A DNA stretch of 64,000 bases from assembly GCA_947089765.1 (NCBI GenBank), contig CAMULM010000001.1, positions 139,756 through 203,755 on the forward strand, given 5' to 3'. This stretch comes from an uncultured Roseburia sp. (lineage in GTDB: Bacteria; Bacillota; Clostridia; Lachnospirales; Lachnospiraceae). The translations under genes and the position numbers were made by a program. Below the pieces are notes generated by a model. It saw nothing but the letters and a program-made list of their open reading frames with translations. It had not been told where the DNA came from and did no database searches. Within the stretch, counting starts at the first letter, position 1. The number at the start of each line of letters is the position of its first letter. This document shows positions 57,652-64,000 of the stretch, piece after piece.

Positions 57652-59367
57652 TTATTCATTTACTGGTAAAAATGTTTCGATTAGTTCATCTGCTGAAAAT
57701 TCTGCTAAATAATGAATGGTATTTTTGAAAATTTCAGATATCGCGCCAGTTTCCTGATACAGATCTGTTTGGGCAAAAGCCATTCCGTTTATCAGTACAT
57801 TCGAGAGATTTCCTGTAGAAAGGTCTAGTTGGATTAGAGGAATATCTCCTTGCTGGAAACTGTGATGAAGGGCTTCTTTTAACACATTTTCCTGTATATT
57901 TTGTATAAAGAACGTTGTTTTTAGATTTTCCTGAATGAGATTGCAGTAGTCATCAGCAATCCTATCTTTATCTTCGTAATCCGCATAAATTGAAAGCGCC
58001 CGCGCAAGTTCTGAAGTCCGGACAGGAACTAGACGCAGGAGAGGATTTTGCCGGATTAAAGAAGTCAAAAAATCAGAGAGTTCTTCAATGTGTTCCATAC
58101 AATACTGGCTTGCAGTGAAAAAACCATTTGTAAAATCTGGATAAAAAAATTGAACATTATCATAACAAGTTCCATCTTTGCCGTCAAATGTGAAATATGA
58201 TACGGCGTCGTCCCCAAAAGCGTTCTGACGTGAACAAAGACTGTCCCGAATCATTGTGGCATTTAGGCTGGCAGAAGTGATGACGTTTATCTGAAAGGCG
58301 CATTCGGCATCGAGGACGATGGGGCCGTTTTCTGTGGGCATGATATTGTCCTGATGAAGATCGGTTACGCCTGCAAGTTTTGCCGCATAGGCTAAGACCC
58401 CCATTTTTTTGTAGTAACTGTGTAATTCCGTTTCCGTAAAATCCGGCTTTTTCGTGACAAGTTCTTCCATTCCGTAGTTTGCATTGTCAAAAATAACCAT
58501 ACACGGCAGATGGCATTCATCGGGAAGCCGTTCGTTTAAATAGGTGATGAAGCTGTTTGGCCCTGTAAATAAATAATCCGCTTTCATATTCCGCGGCTTA
58601 TATGCCCATTGGCTGGAATTTCGTTCCGCAAACAGTACCTGTCTGCCAAGCATATGTGGGTCAGATCCGGAAACGCGGATATCATATCCTTCTAAATCAA
58701 CGCTCACAGCGCCTAATAGGAAGTTTACGGTATTTTCAAAACGTGTATGTACAAGCGTATAACGGGTTTCAGACGGTTCTTCCGCATATAGATTTATGCT
58801 GACGTCCATAATAGCGGAGGCATATAAATCAGAGAGCTTTTGCGGAGAGTTTAAAAGCGGCCGGATCATATGCGTTTGTCCGATGTACTTTTGGATAAGC
58901 GGAAGGGGATTTACTTCCATAATGTCCCAAAATGACAATTCGGCTTCCGCAAATGGAGCAATTCCCTCATTTATTCTAACGGGAACTGCCATTTGATTTA
59001 AAATAGGAAGCAGTTCCATAAACTGATGAAACAGTTCACCGGAATGTATGGCTTCCATACAGCAGATAACGCCGGAGCAGGACTGTGGTTCGGAAAGGGT
59101 GGATTCCCGTAGTTTGGCAAGTTCATCTGAAATGTCCATGTTTAACCGTTTGGAAAGCGAAGCTGCCGCCTGATCAAACAAATCTTCTGTATTCTGAGAA
59201 GTTGTAATCATTGCATCTCCTTTCTGGGTTTTGGCATTTTTCAGTTTCATTTTTGGGTCTGGCAAAGATACGCTGTATTGCGCTTCGTCTGCCAATATAG
59301 GGCGGTAGTCTGCCAGATAATAATAATATATGGGAAGCTTTTCTCCATTATGTGTTTGTACCGTCAT
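57652..59367 (-). CDS. Protein-kinase-like fold enzyme related to the dehydratase (DUF4135) domain of class II lanthipeptide synthetases (LanM), standalone, no LanC cyclase domain
   Basis: AYKPRN (Lys) ... TDLHQDN (D-x-H-x-x-N catalytic loop, about 58347-58362) ... VLDAE, with the second Asp exactly 17 residues after the first, as in LctM D242/D259. Start at MTVQTHNG (ATG 59365-59367) chosen for its GGAGG RBS at 9 nt. The ORF could extend to a GTG at 59487, overlapping the upstream gene. Confidence 0.6.
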   Translation of the reverse strand: MTVQTHNGEKLPIYYYYLADYRPILADEAQYSVSLPDPKMKLKNAKTQKGDAMITTSQNTEDLFDQAAASLSKRLNMDISDELAKLRESTLSEPQSCSGVICCMEAIHSGELFHQFMELLPILNQMAVPVRINEGIAPFAEAELSFWDIMEVNPLPLIQKYIGQTHMIRPLLNSPQKLSDLYASAIMDVSINLYAEEPSETRYTLVHTRFENTVNFLLGAVSVDLEGYDIRVSGSDPHMLGRQVLFAERNSSQWAYKPRNMKADYLFTGPNSFITYLNERLPDECHLPCMVIFDNANYGMEELVTKKPDFTETELHSYYKKMGVLAYAAKLAGVTDLHQDNIMPTENGPIVLDAECAFQINVITSASLNATMIRDSLCSRQNAFGDDAVSYFTFDGKDGTCYDNVQFFYPDFTNGFFTASQYCMEHIEELSDFLTSLIRQNPLLRLVPVRTSELARALSIYADYEDKDRIADDYCNLIQENLKTTFFIQNIQENVLKEALHHSFQQGDIPLIQLDLSTGNLSNVLINGMAFAQTDLYQETGAISEIFKNTIHYLAEFSADELIETFLPVNE

Positions 59368-59471
59368 TTTTTTTAAACCTCCGTTTGACATAAAATGTGT
59401 TTTTAATCCCATGAAATAGGAGTGCATAAGGTGTAAATTCAGCCATTTTTTCAAAGTATCCATTTTAAAGC

Positions 59472-59744
59472 CTACAATTCTAACCACATCGGTTTTCGGG
59501 GAAAGCCGATATGGTAGGTGGTCTGCTCCATTGTCAGTTCATGTTCCCCGATGGCGTACCTGCCAATAGAAATATCCTTGCCGATAATGACCCCTTTTGG
59601 GCTTTCGTTTAGACATCGGTTTAACAAGGCCGCCTGCTGTTGTTTGGATTCCTCAGAAAGCGGGTGGTTCGGGTTTATGCTGCCAAGTGTAATTGTTTTA
59701 ATAAACCTTATATCTTCATAATGTGTTTTGCAGTCAGGATTCAT
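59472..59744 (-). CDS. Small (90 aa) soluble protein of unknown function, second gene of the cassette
   Basis: AAGGAGG RBS 8 nt upstream of the ATG. The start overlaps the stop of the upstream gene by 11 nt. Sequence MNPDCKTHYEDIRFIKTITLGSINPNHPLSEESKQQQAALLNRCLNESPKG... has no recognisable family. Confidence 0.5.
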   Translation of the reverse strand: MNPDCKTHYEDIRFIKTITLGSINPNHPLSEESKQQQAALLNRCLNESPKGVIIGKDISIGRYAIGEHELTMEQTTYHIGFPRKPMWLEL

Positions 59745-60594
59745 TTGGGGCGCCTCCTTTTTTGAAGGATTCCACTTTATTTTCTAGCATCGCTTCTTTC
59801 ACGCTTATGAGTTCTGTTAAGATTGTTTGTCTTAATTCTTCATATTCCTTTGGGTCATATGGAGCGTTAGAGAACTCTTTAGACAGGCATTCCGGCTCTA
59901 GTTCTTCTTGTAAAGATTCTCTTGTTTCCATATATTCTGTGATTTCCTGATGCAGTTTATGTAACGCCGCTTCTTGCTGTCTGAGGGAACGTTGGAGTAA
60001 AAAATCATCTTTTTCAGAATTTTGCACAATTCCGTCACTTGAAATGGGTGAAGCATCGATTTGCTTTGCGACAGGATTTGCGTTTAGAATGTCTAAAATC
60101 CGCATATAGCCTTCCGTTTCGTCTACTGCTTTTAAATCGATTTTATAGTTGACAACGGGCTGTGCGGCGGATTTTTCCCGCTTCAGGGAACTAATTTTTC
60201 CAACAGTGAGCGGGGCGTTTTGCTCGTTTTCGGAAATGTGGACTTCCGTTGAAAATTCTAGCGTGGCATTTTTTATTTTTAAGTTTGGGATTTTTATAAT
60301 TGATAACAGAGGCACTTCGATTTGGACGCTTTCCATATAGGGTTCATTGTGTTCTGCCGGGTGTAAGCGTTCATATGCCAGATTTAATTTTTTCAGGTAC
60401 AGTGTTTCTTCGCCGTTTCTAAGTTTCACTGTGCCCATGCTTTTGATTTCGTCAAGGATTGCCAGTGAAAGCCTTGCATTTGAGGAGGCAATGGCGTCAA
60501 TGGGCGCGTAGACTAGGTCATTAAGCGGAAGAAATTGCTTTCCGCTTGTTATTTTATCTTGATTGGACTGTTCCTTTTGTTCTGTTTCCTTCAT
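59734..60594 (-). CDS. Uncharacterized protein A of the cassette (287 aa): N-terminal approximately 180-aa domain paralogous to gene 56499-57638 plus helical acidic C-terminal tail
   Basis: Start MKETEQKEQ preceded by GGAGGGG 5 nt upstream (the ORF track start at 60651 lacks an RBS). Blocks LVYAPIDAIASSNARLSLAILDEI, IEVPLLSIIKIPNLKIKNATLEFSTEV and KIDLKAVDETEGYMRILDIL match B. Confidence 0.6.
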   Translation of the reverse strand: MKETEQKEQSNQDKITSGKQFLPLNDLVYAPIDAIASSNARLSLAILDEIKSMGTVKLRNGEETLYLKKLNLAYERLHPAEHNEPYMESVQIEVPLLSIIKIPNLKIKNATLEFSTEVHISENEQNAPLTVGKISSLKREKSAAQPVVNYKIDLKAVDETEGYMRILDILNANPVAKQIDASPISSDGIVQNSEKDDFLLQRSLRQQEAALHKLHQEITEYMETRESLQEELEPECLSKEFSNAPYDPKEYEELRQTILTELISVKEAMLENKVESFKKGGAPNES

Positions 60595-60703
60595 GGCTTC
60601 CCCTCCATATCCATGCTTGTCCATGGTTATTCTTACTTTTAGTATATGCAAGAGATTTTGGAAATAGAACCAGATTTTAGAAATAATGGTAAAATTTTTA
60701 TTT

Positions 60704-61492
60704 CTAGTCTTTATTTTTCAGTTCGACTGTATCCGCCCAGAACCTTTTTGGGATATTTTGAATTTGGAGTTTTGGATTTTTCCGCGCTTCTATGGCAATC
60801 GTTTCAAAAAAAGCAAGCCAGAGATTTTTTAAGCGTGTCTCATCTGAGGATAAATCCTCTGTAAGTTCCATCGGAAAAGATGCAGCGTCAGTGATGAAAT
60901 AACCTTTGCCCGACGGGTGGGCGGCTGCAATCCGGCGCGTGGCATCGTAGATGATAAAATTCTCTAATGGGAGACGGTCGGTAAAGTGCTCCGCCAAAAT
61001 TGGCAGGACATAATTTTTGGCATGAATCTGTGAAAATAAAATTCCGGTTTTTAATTCTGCAAAACGAAGAAATTCTAACAGATGGTGGGCTTCATTCAGT
61101 GTTTGGCGGCGCAGTTCAAAAATGCAGGCGATACAGGGTTCGCCTAAATAGTCTAAAACTTTTGCGCCAGCCGGAAGCGTAAGCGCCATAACGACAGTCT
61201 GGTAAATGGCATTTGCTTTATCCATAGCCAATGCGCGGCAGTTTCCGTTTGCCAATGCGCTGCTGCAAATTGTTTCATAGAAGTGGGCGCCAAGACGTTC
61301 TGTCAGGGTACGCGCCACTTTCCGGCTTTTTTCAAAATCGGTTTTTACCGGAATATATTCTGAAAAAAGCGTAAGCGTTCCGCTTTGGTCGGAGGAAAGC
61401 TGTATATTTTTGTGCCCATAGCGGGACGCCCATGCATCATAGATGCCTGTTAAAATTCCGTCAATACTGTCTTCACATTGAAATACATACAT
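60704..61492 (-). CDS. DUF4130/TIGR03915-family protein (putative DNA-metabolism/UDG-like partner of the radical SAM DNA repair protein)
   Basis: Start MYVFQCEDSIDGILTGIYDAW with a GGAGGCGG RBS (the listed ORF start at 61507 is a TTG whose following codons are that RBS). This family invariably neighbours the TIGR03916 radical SAM gene. Assignment from recalled family features. Confidence 0.6.
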   Translation of the reverse strand: MYVFQCEDSIDGILTGIYDAWASRYGHKNIQLSSDQSGTLTLFSEYIPVKTDFEKSRKVARTLTERLGAHFYETICSSALANGNCRALAMDKANAIYQTVVMALTLPAGAKVLDYLGEPCIACIFELRRQTLNEAHHLLEFLRFAELKTGILFSQIHAKNYVLPILAEHFTDRLPLENFIIYDATRRIAAAHPSGKGYFITDAASFPMELTEDLSSDETRLKNLWLAFFETIAIEARKNPKLQIQNIPKRFWADTVELKNKD

Positions 61493-62852
61493 GTTTGCCG
61501 CCTCCAAATGAAACGTCGTCGAATAGGGAAAGCTGCCGGTAGCCTTCTTCCCGCAGTTCTTTTGGGATCTGCGTTTTGTCGGAGAGCAGGTTTCGGCAGA
61601 TATAGTCCTCGTCCAGCTTGGTCGGATACATCATATGGCCGGAACAGGTGATAAAATATAAGGCGCGCTTTAGGACGACGCCGATTTTTTTTAGGTCGCA
61701 AAAATCAAGCGTAGAGCCGCGGCGGGCAGCTACAATGCGTTTGGCGGATTTTGCGCCTATGCCCGGGACGCGGAGTAAGGTTCTATAGTCGGCAGTCTGG
61801 ATTTCGATTGGAAAAATCTCTAAATGGCGAAGCGCCCAGTCACATTTCGGGTCCAGATAGACGTTGAAATTCGGGCGGTCTTCGGAGAGAAGCTCGTCTA
61901 CGGTAAAATGGTAGTAACGTAAAAGCCAATCCGCCTGATAAAGCCTATGTTCCCGCAGGAGAGGAGGGCCGCCGGAAAGGACGGGAAGGTTTGGATTTTG
62001 GCTGACATTGACGAACGCGGAATAAAAGACGCGTTTTAAGTCAAAGTTTTGATAAAGACCTTCTGCAACGCTCATAATTTGATAATCGTTTTCAGGCGTG
62101 GCTCCGATGATCATCTGTGTGCTTTGTCCGGCCGGCGTAAATCTGGGGGCGTTGCGGTACAGCATAAGTTCATTTTTGTTCTGGGCAATGCTGTTTTGGA
62201 TTTGGCGCATGGGTCTTAGGATTGTGCGGCGGGATTTACAGGGCGCAAGCTCTTTTAAGGCTCTGTGGGTGGGCAATTCTAAATTCACGCTCATGCGGTC
62301 TGCAAGAAATCCCGCTTTTTCAATTAAGAGAGGGTCAGCGCCGGGGATTGCCTTCACATGGATATAGCCTTGAAAGCGGTAGAAGGAACGCAGGCGGCAG
62401 ACAACTTGGTAGATGAGATCCATGGTGTAATTTGGGGACTTGATAATGCCGGAACTTAAAAATAACCCTTCAATGTAGTTGCGGCGGTAAAATTCTATAG
62501 TAAGCGCGCAGATTTCTTCCGGCGTAAAAGTGGCGCGGGGAATGTCGTTTTCGCAATTATTCTGGCAGTAGGAGCAGTTAAAAATACATTCATTGGTAAG
62601 TAGAATTTTCAGCAGTGAGACACAGCGGCCATCTGCGGAAAAGGAATGGCAGATCCCGCAGGATTTTGTATTGCCGATTCCCATGCCGTCGCCGCGTCTG
62701 TCAACGCCGCTGGAAGTGCATGCAACGTCATATTTTGCGGCGTCTGCCAGAATGGTGAGTTTTTCCATAATCGTGGGGGACAGGTGTGTGGCAGGAGAGC
62801 TTTTTTGTAAAATGGGGTCTGGGATTAAGGTGATATTGGCAGAGTTCTTCAT
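61473..62852 (-). CDS. Putative DNA modification/repair radical SAM protein (TIGR03916-like) with C-terminal helix-hairpin-helix
   Basis: Radical SAM CxxxCxxC (NECIFNCSYCQN). N-terminal KLTILADAAKYDVACTSSG. HhH LLRVPGIGAKSAKRIVAARR. AAGGAG RBS before the ATG at 62852. Overlaps the downstream gene by 20 nt. Confidence 0.75.
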   Translation of the reverse strand: MKNSANITLIPDPILQKSSPATHLSPTIMEKLTILADAAKYDVACTSSGVDRRGDGMGIGNTKSCGICHSFSADGRCVSLLKILLTNECIFNCSYCQNNCENDIPRATFTPEEICALTIEFYRRNYIEGLFLSSGIIKSPNYTMDLIYQVVCRLRSFYRFQGYIHVKAIPGADPLLIEKAGFLADRMSVNLELPTHRALKELAPCKSRRTILRPMRQIQNSIAQNKNELMLYRNAPRFTPAGQSTQMIIGATPENDYQIMSVAEGLYQNFDLKRVFYSAFVNVSQNPNLPVLSGGPPLLREHRLYQADWLLRYYHFTVDELLSEDRPNFNVYLDPKCDWALRHLEIFPIEIQTADYRTLLRVPGIGAKSAKRIVAARRGSTLDFCDLKKIGVVLKRALYFITCSGHMMYPTKLDEDYICRNLLSDKTQIPKELREEGYRQLSLFDDVSFGGGKHVCISM

Positions 62853-63121
62853 AGCAATGCTCCTTACTTGCAAACAAATGTTCTTGATAATGTATTTTAT
62901 CATGTCATTATTCAAATTGCAAGAGAAAATCGAATATTTGTTCTGAAAATTTTTGGAATAATGAAGTCTTTACATTCTCCTTAAAAGGGGAGATGAAATA
63001 GCAGGGAGGCGGATATGTTGACGCGGTCTTTTGCCTTTTGTATAATGATGCCAGAGTAGGGACGGAATGGGCTGATGATGGCAAAAACCGGATTTGTCGG
63101 AGCGGAAAAGGAGAATATAAA

Positions 63122-63772
63122 ATGGCGTACATTTTAATTATAGAAGATGAGGAGCCGATTAACAGGCTGATCAAACAAAACTTGGCTCTTGCAGGGCATA
63201 GCTGCGATCAGGAATATGACGGATTAGCGGCAAAAGAGCGTTTATTATCGGATAACAGGTATGATCTTGTGATTATGGACGTGATGCTGCCGCATATTGA
63301 CGGATTTTCCCTGATGGAATATACAGGGGAAACGCCTGTGATTTTTCTGACGGCAAAGAGCCGGATTGCGGATAAGCTGACGGGGCTGACAAGCGGCGCG
63401 TGGGATTATTTGACGAAACCGTTTGAGATGCTGGAACTGATCGCGCGCGTGAATCTGGTTCTTACGAAAACGCAAAAGGCGGTCAGCCGGATTTGCATTG
63501 CGGACACAAAAGTGGATTTGAAAGCGAGGAAAGTTTCGGTCTGCGGCAAGGAGACAGAACTTGCAAAACAGGAGTTTGATCTATTGGAAGCGTTGATTTT
63601 GAACAGGAATATTGCGCTTTCGAGAGAAAAATTATTGGAACTGGCTTGGGGATATGATTTTATGGGAGATACGAGGACAGTCGATGTGCATATTACGAAA
63701 CTAAGAAAAAAATTAAAGCTTGAAAACCATATTAAAACAGTTTACAAAATGGGCTACCGCCTAGAATTATAG
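63122..63772 (+). CDS. OmpR/PhoB-family two-component response regulator
   Basis: MAYILIIEDEEPINRLIKQNL...DLVIMDVMLPHIDG receiver. C-terminal winged-helix block (RTVDVHITKLRKKL...YKMGYRL). RBS aaaaggagaa. Confidence 0.85.
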   Translation: MAYILIIEDEEPINRLIKQNLALAGHSCDQEYDGLAAKERLLSDNRYDLVIMDVMLPHIDGFSLMEYTGETPVIFLTAKSRIADKLTGLTSGAWDYLTKPFEMLELIARVNLVLTKTQKAVSRICIADTKVDLKARKVSVCGKETELAKQEFDLLEALILNRNIALSREKLLELAWGYDFMGDTRTVDVHITKLRKKLKLENHIKTVYKMGYRLEL

Positions 63773-63787
63773 AAAAGGGATTTAAAG

Positions 63788-64000
63788 ATGCGTATTTGGC
63801 AGAAAATCTATTTTGCAGTATTGTTGTTGTTTTTATTGATGTTAAATGCCGGATTGTTTTTGGCGGCCGGATTTATTTTTTCTTATAATATGGATCAGGA
63901 ACAGAAAAAGGCAGAAACGGACAGTTTTTTTCTTTGCCAGAATTTAGGACATGATTTTACTATTTTAGGGCAGAACGCGCGTTTTACGGAAGAAACGGCC
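63788..64000 (+). CDS. Probable sensor histidine kinase partner, N-terminal fragment (continues beyond window)
   Basis: ATG 15 nt after the regulator stop with an aaaaggga RBS. Begins with a TM helix (IYFAVLLLFLLMLNAGLFLAAGFIF). No stop before the window end. Confidence 0.45.
   Translation, partial: MRIWQKIYFAVLLLFLLMLNAGLFLAAGFIFSYNMDQEQKKAETDSFFLCQNLGHDFTILGQNARFTEETA

Noticed and set aside
59368-59487. N-terminal 40 codons (from GTG at 59487) of the kinase-fold gene
   Set aside because: No RBS for the GTG or the next ATG, whereas the ATG at 59367 has GGAGG at 9 nt. Kept as an alternative because it would create a start/stop overlap typical of this operon.
1-64000. Mobile elements, prophage genes or integrases
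   Set aside because: No transposase, recombinase, integrase, phage structural or plasmid replication motifs were recognised in any frame. No long terminal inverted repeats were noticed.

Overview
This 64 kb window is a chromosomal segment from a spore-forming, Gram-positive anaerobe of the Clostridia, roughly 45-50% GC. That assignment rests on a SpoIIID gene, a dockerin-bearing secreted enzyme, GGAGG-type ribosome-binding sites and Firmicute-type AddAB. I found no transposase, integrase or CRISPR array.

Gene order on the + strand:
- Coordinates 1-10785: the C-terminal part of a GH13 amylase-family enzyme, then tRNA-Tyr and tRNA-Leu, then a 1743-aa secreted M60-like zinc metallopeptidase carrying a type-I dockerin and FN3 modules. 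These are followed by a Lys-rich FN3 protein, a methyl-accepting chemotaxis protein and a hypothetical membrane protein.
- Coordinates 10826-14522: a decayed chemotaxis-receptor C-terminal remnant on the minus strand, then spoIIID with a sigma-E-like promoter, a MATE transporter and an MFS glycoside transporter.
- Coordinates 14657-23371: a signalling cluster of a pseudo-REC/REC regulator, two hybrid histidine kinases and an unusually large orphan solute-binding protein.
- Coordinates 23427-28772 (minus strand): a 1781-aa BspA-type LRR surface protein. It has an embedded papain-like Cys/His region, a roughly 12x 18-bp (DTQKPD) tandem repeat and Lys-rich Big_2 C-terminal domains.
- Coordinates 29237-40584: an ACT/UPF0210 pair, a MglB/A/C-like sugar ABC transporter, PurO plus an AICARFT-only PurH, TmcAL (minus strand), AckA and an AIM24-family protein.
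- Coordinates 40940-55798: three translationally coupled polytopic membrane proteins behind a G9 homopolymer tract, then AddB/AddA, HtrA, an AT-rich orphan region and rplM-rpsI (minus strand).

The most novel-looking locus is a tightly coupled four-gene minus-strand cassette at 56499-60594. It encodes two paralogous proteins of unknown function with coiled-coil tails, a 90-aa protein, and a 571-aa kinase-fold protein. That protein carries the catalytic signature of the class II lanthipeptide synthetase (LanM) dehydratase domain (YKPR Lys, D-x-H-x-x-N, Asp 17 residues later) but has no LanC cyclase domain. The cassette sits between the ribosomal-protein operon and a radical-SAM/DUF4130 DNA-repair gene pair, and the window ends with an OmpR-type regulator and the start of its kinase.

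Every family assignment is based on motif recognition by eye; no database search was run.
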